Part shown: in pieces, positions 16,906-25,944 of the stretch | Layout: each line of letters opens with the position of its first letter | Numbering within the stretch: position 1 is the first letter of the stretch | Assembly (NCBI GenBank): GCA_049696815.1 | Contig: JBAVUO010000074.1 | Coordinates: forward strand, 13,369 to 77,368 | Origin: Terriglobales bacterium | Lineage (GTDB): Bacteria; Acidobacteriota; Terriglobia; Terriglobales; Acidobacteriaceae | DNA: 64,000 bases | Reading direction: 5' to 3' | Program-made: the position numbers and the translations under genes | Notes under the pieces: generated by a model | Told to the model about the DNA's origin: nothing | Databases searched by the model: none | What the model saw: only the letters and a program-made list of their open reading frames with translations

Positions 16906-19197
16906 TCAGGCGACGGACGCGCCCGCCCGAGGCTTCTCTTCCGCGTCCTCGGCTGCATCCAGCCGGACCTCGCAGAGTTCCGCGATCAGGTTTCCGGCCC
17001 AGCGATAGATGTTGTGTTCTTTGATGATCCTACGCATCCGCTGCACGCGTAACTGCTTTTCTTCCGGTTCCATCTCCAGCGCCACCCGGATGGCTTCCGC
17101 GGTCTGATCAATGTCGTAGGGGTTTACCAGCAGAGCATCCCGCAGTTCGCGCGCTGCCCCAGTGAACTTGCTCAGGATGAGCACGCCGCTTTCATCCCGG
17201 CGCGCAGCCAGGAACTCCTTGGCGACGAGGTTCATGCCATCGTGCAACGAGGTCACCAGGCAAAGGTCGGCTGCCCGATAGTAGGGATTGATCTCTTTGT
17301 GACTGTGCTGCCGTTTCAGGAAGACGATGGGCTTCCACTTGCCCGCCTGAAAGCGCCAGTTGATTCGATCCGCTTCGGCTTCCACCTCTGTCAATAGATC
17401 GTGATAGCGTTTGATGTGAGTGCGGCTAGGCGCTCCAATCTGGACGAAGGTAAATTTCCCCTGATACGAGGGATACTTTTCCAGAAAGCGCTCAATCGCC
17501 AGGAAGCGCTCCAGGATTCCTTTCGTGTAGTCCACCCGGTCAACGCCGATCCCCATGAACGTGGCCTCTGTGCCCAGGCTGCGCAGGAGAGCAGCTCGCT
17601 CCAGGTAGCCGAGTCCATGGTTGTTGTCTTTTCCAGATTCATCGTCGGTAAGGTCCACGCTGATAGGGAAAGGGCGGACCAGGGTGCGATGGTCCTTCCG
17701 CAGCACCGAAAAGTGCTCCCAGTCAACGCGTGATTCCACCACCCGGTCCACCGTCTGCAAGAAATTATTGCAGTGGGACTGGATGTGGAACCCGATGAGG
17801 TCCGCGCCCAGCAGGCCGTCCACCAACTGTCGCTGCCACGGGCAGATGCCGAAGGCTTCCGGGTTGGGCCAGGGGATATGCCAGAAAATGGCGACGCGCG
17901 CGTCCGGCCGTTTCTCTTTGATCAGCCGGGGCAGCAACGCGAAGTGGTAGTCCTGAGCCAAGACCACCGGCCTGGGTATATCTTCGATTTCCGTGAGCAG
18001 CGCTTTAGTGAACTTGCGGTTGACCTCCTGGTAGTGCTGCCAGTCATCCGCCCGAAATATGGGGCGGGTATGCGCGATGTGACAGAGTGGCCAAAGGCCC
18101 TCGTTGGCAAACCCGTAGTAATAGCCTTCTTCCTCCTGCTTGCTCAGCCATACCCGGCGCAAGGTGTAGTGGGGATCATCGGGTGGCACACGGAGGCGAT
18201 CATGCGCGTCGACGACTTCGGCGTCGGCGTCTCCGTTGCCGTGGGCGATCCAGGTGCCGTCGCAGGCGTTGAGGACCGGCTCCAGGGCGGTTACCAGGCC
18301 GCTGGGCGGCACGACCACTTGGGGCGACTTCCCATTTCGCTGATGCATGTAAGGCTGGCGATTCGACACCACAAAGAGGCGGCTCCCCTGCAGCCGGGTC
18401 CGGACTTGCACCGAGAGCCGGTCGGCCGTCCACATGGACTCGCCCGCCTCCCGCAAGCGAGCTTCGTTTTCCGCGGCGCTGCGAGCCTGGCTGAGACTCT
18501 CGGCCATGGTAGCGACTTCCCGCGCCAGCGGCCGGAACAAGTCAAGATCGGGCATTTCCTGGCGTGAAGAAATTCTTCCCGTTCGGAGGCCATGCATCCA
18601 TTGCGCGGCGCGCGCAATGGGTCCGGCGATGCTCCAGCGTATGATCAACAGCGTGATGAGAACGATGAGCAGAACCTGAACCAGGACCCGCACAAACGTC
18701 TCCCGCCACGTGCGCAGGCTCTGCGCCCGGATATAGCCCACCTCGTGTACCACCGCCAGGCCACCTACGACTTCGTCCTGGCGGCGCAGAGGCAACGCGA
18801 GAATGTGTACCGGTTCTCTGCCCAGCCGGACAAACGAACCTACCCCGTGACCTTCCGCGATGGCCTGGGTGACCACGTCAGGGCTCGCCGTGAGCGTCTT
18901 CCCCAGTGCCGGGGTCATCGCCACCAGGGCGCCTTGCCGGTCGTAAACGGCGACCCCAAGCAGGTGCCCGCTGTTGCCGAAGCGCTGCACCAGTTGTTGC
19001 AGCCCCCGTTCCGATCCTGCCTCCCACGACTTCTCGACATTGCCGGCCAGACTTTCGCCGAGCATCTCGGCCCGCCGTTCCAGGTCACTGCGCAGACCAC
19101 GCTTCTCTCTCACAACCTGGTAGTACGAGAAACTCAGAGAGACCAGCGTGATACCGAGAATGAGGGACACCATGAGCCGAACACTCAATAAGCGCAT
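16906..19197 (-). CDS. otsA: trehalose-6-phosphate synthase (GT20) fused to an N-terminal TM-sensor-TM-HAMP module
   Basis: C-terminal 480 aa: [52 protein letters not shown] and [12 protein letters not shown] (GT20). N-terminal 280 aa: two TM helices flanking a segment of about 145 aa, then a HAMP-like linker. Confidence 0.9.
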   Translation of the reverse strand: MRLLSVRLMVSLILGITLVSLSFSYYQVVREKRGLRSDLERRAEMLGESLAGNVEKSWEAGSERGLQQLVQRFGNSGHLLGVAVYDRQGALVAMTPALGKTLTASPDVVTQAIAEGHGVGSFVRLGREPVHILALPLRRQDEVVGGLAVVHEVGYIRAQSLRTWRETFVRVLVQVLLIVLITLLIIRWSIAGPIARAAQWMHGLRTGRISSRQEMPDLDLFRPLAREVATMAESLSQARSAAENEARLREAGESMWTADRLSVQVRTRLQGSRLFVVSNRQPYMHQRNGKSPQVVVPPSGLVTALEPVLNACDGTWIAHGNGDADAEVVDAHDRLRVPPDDPHYTLRRVWLSKQEEEGYYYGFANEGLWPLCHIAHTRPIFRADDWQHYQEVNRKFTKALLTEIEDIPRPVVLAQDYHFALLPRLIKEKRPDARVAIFWHIPWPNPEAFGICPWQRQLVDGLLGADLIGFHIQSHCNNFLQTVDRVVESRVDWEHFSVLRKDHRTLVRPFPISVDLTDDESGKDNNHGLGYLERAALLRSLGTEATFMGIGVDRVDYTKGILERFLAIERFLEKYPSYQGKFTFVQIGAPSRTHIKRYHDLLTEVEAEADRINWRFQAGKWKPIVFLKRQHSHKEINPYYRAADLCLVTSLHDGMNLVAKEFLAARRDESGVLILSKFTGAARELRDALLVNPYDIDQTAEAIRVALEMEPEEKQLRVQRMRRIIKEHNIYRWAGNLIAELCEVRLDAAEDAEEKPRAGASVA

Positions 19198-19327
19198 GCA
19201 TGGACCTCCCGCCGCGAGTTTGGTAAGAGCCCCGGGTTCGACGAAATGACGCGCCTACAATTGTATGCGATCGAAAAGGAAAGAAGGGGCGGAGGCGCGA
19301 GCCGCCCCGCGCTGGAACGAATCGGCA

Positions 19328-19690
19328 TCAGGCCGGTTCGATGGCGCTCACGCGAATCATGCCGGAATCGGCATCCAGCACACCGACCACCTTTACCTTC
19401 TTGTTTACAAACTCCTGGGCCTTCTGCTGGTCGTCGAGTTGATAGGTGGTCTTGCTCTCCGCGTCGGCAAGAACGAGCTTGTCCCCGGATTTCACGATCT
19501 TTCCGGTAAACGTTTTGGCCTCCGCCGCGGAGTTCGGGTCGCCCTGATGCTGCATCGGCGCTTGCTGCGCTGTCGGGTTGATCGGCAAGTTGTGGGAGTT
19601 CTGTGCGATGGCTGACAGGCACACTAGGCACAAGCCAACCATCACCGCCACCGCGGGCAACTTGTGGAGCACTAATCGTACTTTTTTCAT
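19328..19690 (-). CDS. small secreted protein, DUF5818-like
   Basis: The start is taken at MKKVRLVLHK (M13 of the track ORF), with a signal peptide. C-terminal FTGKIVKSGDKLVLADAESKTTYQLDDQQKAQEFVNKKVKVVGVLDADSGMIRVSAIEP. Confidence 0.65.
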   Translation of the reverse strand: MKKVRLVLHKLPAVAVMVGLCLVCLSAIAQNSHNLPINPTAQQAPMQHQGDPNSAAEAKTFTGKIVKSGDKLVLADAESKTTYQLDDQQKAQEFVNKKVKVVGVLDADSGMIRVSAIEPA

Positions 19691-19913
19691 GGGAATCTCC
19701 TTGAGGGGAATCAGTTTGAATGCCAAGACCGGTGCAACTCCCCTGCCAAGTGGAGCAGTGGCCTTTAAGTCATTGAAATATCGTTCATTCTAGGGGAGCG
19801 GGGGAATTGGCACAGTGCAAGGATGACCGGTGGGGAGAAAATTGTGCCGCCCGGCATTTCACTTGTACTTGCACTTTCTTAGTATTAAGAGGGCCACACC
19901 TTGAGAGGTCGGT

Positions 19914-20405
19914 ATGAGCGAAGTGATTTCGCCAGCAACCAGCGTTGACGCAAAGCAGTTTGATTTTCTCGAAGGCGAATGGAACGCTATCTGTCGCTTC
20001 CCCCGGCCCGATGGATCCTGGGGAGAAGGCCTCGGTACGTTGAAAGCGACCAAGGTTCTTGACGGATTCGTTTCGCTGGAGTTCTTCGAAGGACCTTATC
20101 AAGGAAAGATCATCAAAGGCCTTGGCCTCCGCGCATTCAATCCGCAAACATCGGAGTGGGAACATACCTGGACCGACACGTCTGCGCCGGGTGGTTACCT
20201 CGTCTGGCGCGGACGATTTGAAAGTGGCGCTATCGATCTTTACGGTCAGTGGGAGGATCAGACCGGGCGCCGGATTCGCTCGCGGCTCACCTGGTCTCGG
20301 ATCACCGACCGGACGGCGCACTGGGAGAGTCACCGCTCCATGGATGAAGGCAAAACCTGGTCCAAACACTGGGTGATTGATTTCGCGCGCAAGACCGCGA
20401 AATGA
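19914..20405 (+). CDS. DUF1579-like (lipocalin-fold) hypothetical protein
   Basis: 163 aa. The FDFLEGEWNAIC motif and alternating beta-strand pattern are typical of DUF1579. Confidence 0.6.
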   Translation: MSEVISPATSVDAKQFDFLEGEWNAICRFPRPDGSWGEGLGTLKATKVLDGFVSLEFFEGPYQGKIIKGLGLRAFNPQTSEWEHTWTDTSAPGGYLVWRGRFESGAIDLYGQWEDQTGRRIRSRLTWSRITDRTAHWESHRSMDEGKTWSKHWVIDFARKTAK

Positions 20406-20561
20406 ACCTGCGGATCGCCGTAACCTGTCGGGGTGAAATCCAGGCTTGTCGTTCCCGCCAAATATGGACCTGCAACCGGGGACAAAACTCGGGAAGCACG
20501 GCTCCTCGGACTGCCTGCAAAGCGCGTCTTCCTGCCGCCGCTAAATAGTAAATTAGATGGA

Positions 20562-21215
20562 ATGACGACTATCCGTTGCAGCGCCCTGCTGTTTGACTTG
20601 GACGGAGTGCTGATTGACTCGACTCCCGCGGTGGCGCGCGTTTGGCATAGCTGGGCCCAGGAACACGGATTCGATCCCGCAGAGGTTGTGCGCCGAGCGC
20701 ATGGACGCCCGAGTCTGAGCACGATTCGGGAGTTTCTGCCCCACGCCGACCACGAAGCCGAGAATCGCGAAGTCGAACGCCGGGAAATAGAAGACATCGG
20801 AGGCGTAATCCAGCTGCCGGGCACTCGGCAACTACTGGGCAGCCTGCCTTCGGGCGGTTGGACGATCGTCACATCCTGCACGCGGCCCCTGGCTGAGGTC
20901 CGCTTGCGCACGGCGGGCCTGCCCATCCCGAAGAACATGGTCACGGCGAGCGACGTCGCGAACGGTAAGCCCCATCCCGAGCCCTACCAGAAGGCAGCGG
21001 CGATCTTAGGTTATGCTGCAGCCGATTGCGTGGTTGTCGAAGACGTGCCCGCCGGAATTCGCGCGGGCAAGGCGGCGGGCGCGCGCGTGATCGCTTTTCC
21101 GACCACCATGGATCGTCGCGAGCTGGAAAACGCCGGTCCGGACTGGATCGTGCGCAACTGCGCCGATATTTCGGCGGTGAGAGATCGCAACGGTCTGGTC
21201 ATAACCCTCGCGTGA
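20562..21215 (+). CDS. HAD-IA family sugar-phosphatase-like hydrolase
   Basis: The start is taken at MTTIRCSALLFDLDGVLIDS (motif I DxDG). Also contains TSCTR and GKPHPEPY..VVEDVPAGIRAGKAAG. Confidence 0.85.
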   Translation: MTTIRCSALLFDLDGVLIDSTPAVARVWHSWAQEHGFDPAEVVRRAHGRPSLSTIREFLPHADHEAENREVERREIEDIGGVIQLPGTRQLLGSLPSGGWTIVTSCTRPLAEVRLRTAGLPIPKNMVTASDVANGKPHPEPYQKAAAILGYAAADCVVVEDVPAGIRAGKAAGARVIAFPTTMDRRELENAGPDWIVRNCADISAVRDRNGLVITLA

Positions 21216-21218
21216 GGA

Positions 21219-21295
21219 TTCGTATCAGGGCATCGCTTTAGCGGTGCCGATAGCGGCGTGTTTTTGGATGTTGCTCTTCCGGTGCCGCTATGGAA
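21219..21295. repeat. family-E repeat (core GTATCAGGGCATCGCTTyAGCGrTGCCG)
   Basis: TCGTATCAGGGCATCGCTTTAGCGGTGCCGATAGCGGC...GCCGCTATGG. The same 30-nt core occurs at 42303-42333 and 56087-56116. Confidence 0.65.
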
Positions 21296-21420
21296 AGGAG
21301 GGCCTCTCAGCCGTCTGCGTTGGAGCGGGTTCCGCAATAGGCATTTACGTTTACCGCCCCGCTCAACTAGAATCTCAGTTCCTTAGAAGCTGACCGCAGC
21401 GGTCGTTTGGGGCTGGGCGG

Positions 21421-22629
21421 TTGGCGTATTCAGAAGCAGGAAAGAGGCAGGGCCTCGTGATCATCGGTGTTCCGAAGGAAAGTTATCCAGGAGAGCGGCG
21501 GGTGGCCGTGGTGCCGGCGGCCATCCCGCCGCTGACCAAGGCTGGGTTCGAAGTTCAGGTGCAGGCCGGGGCCGGGATGGAAGCTGGGTACCCCGATTCC
21601 CAATACGCCGACAAGGGCGCAAAGATCGTCGCCGATCGCGCCGCTGTATTCGGCGCTGCCGACATTATTCTGCAGGTTCTCTGCTACGGGTCCAACGATG
21701 TCACCGGTAAGCAAGACGTGCCGCTCTATCGCCGAGGTCAGATCCTGGCCGGGTTCCTGCGCCCGTTCGGCGCCTCCGAAGTCGTGCAGGAGATCGCCCA
21801 AGCCGGCGTTACTTCCTTTTCGGTGGAACTGATGCCGCGCACTACACGCGCCCAAAGCATGGATGCGCTTTCCTCGATGGCCACAATCGCCGGCTACAAG
21901 GCGGTGCTGATGGCGGCCAATTCGCTCCCGCGCATCTTTCCCATGTTGACGACCGCGGCCGGCACGATTACACCGGCCCGGGTATTGGTGATCGGCGCGG
22001 GCGTTGCCGGACTGCAAGCGATTGCCACGGCACGCCGTTTAGGGGCGGTCATCTCGGCTTATGATCTGCGTCCGGCGGCCAAGGAGCAGGTACAAAGCCT
22101 GGGCGGCCGCTTCGTCGAGCTTCCCATTGAAGCGAAAGACGCGCAGGATGCCCGCGGGTATGCGCGCCCGCAGGATGAAGACTTCTACCGCCGCCAGCGG
22201 GAACTGCTGGGCAAGGTGGTGCAGGAAAGCGACGTCGTGATTACCGCGGCGGTCATTCCGGGGAAGAAATCGCCGGTGCTGGTGACCGAAGAAATGGTGA
22301 AGGGCATGGCCCCGGGTTCCGTGATTTTCGACTTGGCGTCCGAACGGGGCGGAAATTGCGAGCTGTCCGAGTCTGGAAAAACGGTGGTGAAGTACGGGGT
22401 AACCATCATTGGAGCGATCAACGTGGCCAGCGGCGTGCCCTATCACGCCAGCCAGATGTACGCCAGGAACATCACCTCGTTCCTTATGCACCTGATCAAA
22501 GACCAGAAACTGAATTTGAACCTCGAAGATGAGATTGTCCGCGAGACGTTGTTGACCCGGGATGGCGAGATCGTCCAAGCCCGGGTGCGCGAGTTTTTTG
22601 CCTTGCCGGCACTGGTCACGCAAAAATGA
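21421..22629 (+). CDS. pntA: NAD(P) transhydrogenase subunit alpha, part 1 (dI)
   Basis: VIIGVPKESYPGERRVAVVP, VLVIGAGVAGLQAIATARRLGA and alanine-dehydrogenase/PNT-type domains. Confidence 0.9.
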   Translation: MAYSEAGKRQGLVIIGVPKESYPGERRVAVVPAAIPPLTKAGFEVQVQAGAGMEAGYPDSQYADKGAKIVADRAAVFGAADIILQVLCYGSNDVTGKQDVPLYRRGQILAGFLRPFGASEVVQEIAQAGVTSFSVELMPRTTRAQSMDALSSMATIAGYKAVLMAANSLPRIFPMLTTAAGTITPARVLVIGAGVAGLQAIATARRLGAVISAYDLRPAAKEQVQSLGGRFVELPIEAKDAQDARGYARPQDEDFYRRQRELLGKVVQESDVVITAAVIPGKKSPVLVTEEMVKGMAPGSVIFDLASERGGNCELSESGKTVVKYGVTIIGAINVASGVPYHASQMYARNITSFLMHLIKDQKLNLNLEDEIVRETLLTRDGEIVQARVREFFALPALVTQK

Positions 22630-22656
22630 CCTGGGAAGGCTTCGACCGGAGGAGAG

Positions 22657-22962
22657 ATGGCCAGCAGTTCAAACCTGATTAACGCGCTTTTCATTTTTGT
22701 ACTGGCGGGATTCATTGGATTTGAGGTGATCCGCCGAGTCTCACCACTTCTGCATACGCCGCTGATGTCGCTGACTAACGCGCTGGACGCGATTGCGGTC
22801 GTGGGCGCGATCGTGCTGGTGGGCGAGCACAAGAGCTCACTCTCGGCCGCGCTGGGATTCATCGCGGTGATCGCCGCGACCAGCAACATCGTGGGCGGCT
22901 TTATGATCACGGATCGCATGTTGAAGATGTTCAAATCCAGCCGCCCCGCCGCCAAGCCATGA
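22657..22962 (+). CDS. pntA: NAD(P) transhydrogenase subunit alpha, part 2 (membrane)
   Basis: 101 aa with three hydrophobic helices. It lies between dI and beta, and its stop overlaps the pntB start. Confidence 0.9.
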   Translation: MASSSNLINALFIFVLAGFIGFEVIRRVSPLLHTPLMSLTNALDAIAVVGAIVLVGEHKSSLSAALGFIAVIAATSNIVGGFMITDRMLKMFKSSRPAAKP

Positions 22963-24356
22963 CCGCAGAACTCGCAGGGAACCAGGTTTTCATCGAGATC
23001 CTCTATCTCGTCGCGAGCGTGTTGTTCATCCTCTCGCTGAAGTGGATGAGCTCGCCGACCACGGCCCGCCACGGCATTTGGGCCGGCGAAATCGGCATGC
23101 TGCTGGCGATCTGCGGCACGCTGTTGCACCACGGGATCATTGACTACCGATTGATCGCCATCGGGCTGGTGCTGGGCACCATCATCGGCGTTCCGCTCGG
23201 GCGCGTGGCCATGACGGCCGTCCCGCAGCGAACCGCGCTCAGCCACACTTTTGGCGCACTCTGTGTGACCCTGGTCGGCTCCGCGGAGTTTTACCTGCGC
23301 TCGCCCGCCATTTCCCCCTTCATGATGGCCGTGCTCTCGATCGAAGTCATTCTCGGCGGGTTGACCGTCACCGGGAGCCTGATGGCCGCCGGTAAGCTGC
23401 AGGAAATCCTGCCGCAACGGCCGCTGACCTACAAAGGTCAGAACTTCGTCAACTTTTTGTTGCTCGCGGTCGCCATCGGGATCGCGGTGTTCTTGGTGCT
23501 GCACCCAGGCGCGCGGAATCTGTTCCCGTTCATGATCCTGATCGCCCTGTCGTTTGGGGTGCTGCTGATCATTCCCATCGGCGGCGCGGACATGCCGACG
23601 GTGATCTCGCTCTTGAACTCTTATGCCGGCCTGTCGGCGGCGGCCATGGGTTTCGTGCTCAACAGCAAGCTGCTGATCATCGCCGGCGCGCTCGATGGAT
23701 CGTCGGGCATGGTCCTGTCGATCATCATGTCGAAGGCCATGAACCGATCCTTCACCAACGTGCTGTTTGGAGCGTTCGGTCAGGTGCAGGCGTCGGCAGG
23801 GGGTGTACAGGAGGAAAGGGCCGTCCGCAGCGCCACCGCTGAAGAGGCCGCAGCCATTCTTTCCGCCGCCAACAAGGTGATCGTGGTGCCGGGATACGGC
23901 ATGGCTGTGGCCCAGGCACAACACAAGGTAAGGGAACTCTACGACTCACTCACCAAGCGCGGCGTGGAAGTGCGGTTCGCGATTCACCCCGTCGCCGGCC
24001 GCATGCCGGGGCACATGAACGTGCTGCTGGCGGAGGCCGATATCCCCTACGATCGTTTGATCGAAATGGACGAGATCAACGGGGACTTTCCGCAGACCGA
24101 TGTCGCCCTCGTGATCGGCGCCAATGACGTGACCAACCCCGCCGCGCGCACCGATGCTTCCAGCCCCATCTACGGCATGCCCATCCTCGATGTGGATAAG
24201 GCGCATACCGTGATGGTCATCAAGCGCAGCATGAATCCGGGCTTCGCCGGCATTGAGAACCCGCTCTATTATCTGGACAACACCCTGATGTTATTCGGAG
24301 ACGCCAAGGCCTTCGTCGGCAGTATCGTACGCGAACTCGGGGGAGGACACGGATAG
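22959..24356 (+). CDS. pntB: NAD(P) transhydrogenase subunit beta
   Basis: 465 aa, membrane N-terminal half. The C-terminal dIII contains VPGYGMAVAQAQH, IHPVAGRMPGHMNVLLAEA and VIGANDVTNPAA. Confidence 0.95.
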   Translation: MTAELAGNQVFIEILYLVASVLFILSLKWMSSPTTARHGIWAGEIGMLLAICGTLLHHGIIDYRLIAIGLVLGTIIGVPLGRVAMTAVPQRTALSHTFGALCVTLVGSAEFYLRSPAISPFMMAVLSIEVILGGLTVTGSLMAAGKLQEILPQRPLTYKGQNFVNFLLLAVAIGIAVFLVLHPGARNLFPFMILIALSFGVLLIIPIGGADMPTVISLLNSYAGLSAAAMGFVLNSKLLIIAGALDGSSGMVLSIIMSKAMNRSFTNVLFGAFGQVQASAGGVQEERAVRSATAEEAAAILSAANKVIVVPGYGMAVAQAQHKVRELYDSLTKRGVEVRFAIHPVAGRMPGHMNVLLAEADIPYDRLIEMDEINGDFPQTDVALVIGANDVTNPAARTDASSPIYGMPILDVDKAHTVMVIKRSMNPGFAGIENPLYYLDNTLMLFGDAKAFVGSIVRELGGGHG

Positions 24357-24420
24357 CGCGGTAAGTCGCTGGGATGCGCCGGGATGTAACTGAGACCGGA
24401 CTGGATCGGTAAAAAGAGGT

Positions 24421-24470
24421 GGGCCGCAGCCGATGCAAGGGGAAATCGCATCCGCTCCGGCCCGCCTTTT
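24421..24470. terminator. possible intrinsic terminator between convergent pntB and 24473..24709
   Basis: Interrupted stem GGGCCG..GATGC-loop-GCATC..CGGCCC followed by GCCTTTT. Confidence 0.35.
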
Positions 24471-24472
24471 GG

Positions 24473-24709
24473 TTAGGCCGCCTTTTTCAGCTGTCTTACC
24501 TTGGCCCAGCGCGCTTTCTGCGCCAGAGAGATCCTCCGGCGTCCTGCTGCGGAAAGAACACGTTTGGCTCTCAGCGGCAGGCGGGACGAACTCTGGACCC
24601 GGGTTAGCCGTTCCAGCACGGAAATGGCTTCGCTTATTCTTGCGACCTGTTTTAGCGCCTGGCGGCGTTCATCGCGCAGCCGGATCAGCGCCTGAGTAAT
24701 GTTTTTCAT
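24473..24709 (-). CDS. small basic hypothetical protein (78 aa)
   Basis: MKNITQALIRLRDERRQALKQVARISEAISVLE...RRRISLAQKARWAKVRQLKKAA. It is helical and Lys/Arg-rich. Confidence 0.5.
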   Translation of the reverse strand: MKNITQALIRLRDERRQALKQVARISEAISVLERLTRVQSSSRLPLRAKRVLSAAGRRRISLAQKARWAKVRQLKKAA

Positions 24710-24861
24710 CGAGTACCCCCTCGGGTAAGTGCAGGAGCATTGTAACTGTCTGGCTGGATTTGTGCCAGCTTTATTACTGGGGACGGAGTCTTAGTCGGAG
24801 GGGTAAGGTTGACCCGGAGACAAGTTATCGAAAGCGGCGTCACGGGAGGGTTTTGGCCCGC

Positions 24862-25602
24862 TCAGCCCAACGGCGGCAGCAGGCTGGACGAGCGGAAAAG
24901 AAACAGGAATCCAACCGCCAGGCTATAGATTGCGGTCGCGGCGGTGATGAAAAACTGAAATCGCGGCAGTTTGGAGCTGAAGCCGAACAGTCCCACGGCG
25001 GATGCCGCCATCAAGGTGTTCATCACCAGCAGTCCGGCAATAAACATGCCCAGGCCGAGAAATCCCTTGCTGAGCCCGCCCAGATTGGCCGCGAGCAGAA
25101 AGATCATGAGCTGGGTGGGCGTCTCCGCGCCGAGACCGTGAACCACGCCGATGGTGAGGACGGTCCGGTTGTTGTAATTCCAATTTGTGCTGGCGGGTGC
25201 AGGAACATCATGATTGTGCCAGTAGCCCCGCAGCTTCCAGTGCAGCCAGCGCAGCGCGTGAGCAATCAAGTGGAAGCGGTTGCGGGGCGCAGAGTTTCCA
25301 CGGAACAGCGATCCCATGACGTAGACTCCGAGGAGCACCAGGGTGAGGCCAACCAACCGCTCGGCGACCCGGTCCACTCCGCGGGGAAGCGAAAGCTGAA
25401 AGAAGATCACTGCGGTGCCCAGCAAGGCGACGGTGGCGGCATGTCCTGTGGCATAGAGCAGGCTGAGACGCATGGCGCGAATGCGATCGGTCTGCACGCT
25501 GACGATGTCGGAAATCGCTGCGATGTGGTCGTAATCGAAGCCGTGGCGAAATCCGAGAATGGCCGCCGAGAGGAGCGCGAGCTGAAGCGTCGAAGAGGGC
25601 AT
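24862..25602 (-). CDS. NiCoT/HoxN-like nickel-cobalt transporter family membrane protein (short form)
   Basis: LGFRHGFDYDHIAAISD resembles the NiCoT signature RHAxDADHI. A second block is VVHGLGAETPTQ, and there are 6 hydrophobic helices. The + ORF 24760..25686 is its shadow. Confidence 0.7.
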   Translation of the reverse strand: MPSSTLQLALLSAAILGFRHGFDYDHIAAISDIVSVQTDRIRAMRLSLLYATGHAATVALLGTAVIFFQLSLPRGVDRVAERLVGLTLVLLGVYVMGSLFRGNSAPRNRFHLIAHALRWLHWKLRGYWHNHDVPAPASTNWNYNNRTVLTIGVVHGLGAETPTQLMIFLLAANLGGLSKGFLGLGMFIAGLLVMNTLMAASAVGLFGFSSKLPRFQFFITAATAIYSLAVGFLFLFRSSSLLPPLG

Positions 25603-25944
25603 TATGGGTCCACGTGCGGCATGGAGTCCTTCATTCTTCCACAGGGCGCGGAGAATCGGAAACGCAAAACGCCATTCTTGTCCTGATTCGCACGGTCTTC
25701 GCTTGCCGGTGTGTTGGGGCGCCCCTCGTGCACTTTTTCCCGATTTGCTGAGGTCCGGCTTATCTCCCGACCCGCCTCATGACCATAGGCACTACCCGGC
25801 GCATTGCTAGCGACTGGCATGTACCACCCGGTCGTGCAGGAATCGCGAAAATCTCCTGGCATTCGCGGGATCGAAAGCGGCTACAATAACCCCAATCCCA
25901 CGCTAACGGAGGTCGCAGTGAAGGACAGGCATCCTGACGGTGCT

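Noticed and set aside
22443-23924. 493-aa - ORF across pntAB/pntB.
   Set aside because: The pnt genes on the + strand are unambiguous, so this is an antisense shadow.
24760-25686. 308-aa + ORF overlapping 24862..25602.
   Set aside because: The minus-strand product has six TM helices and the NiCoT-like HxxDxDH motif. The + product is a charged, low-complexity shadow.
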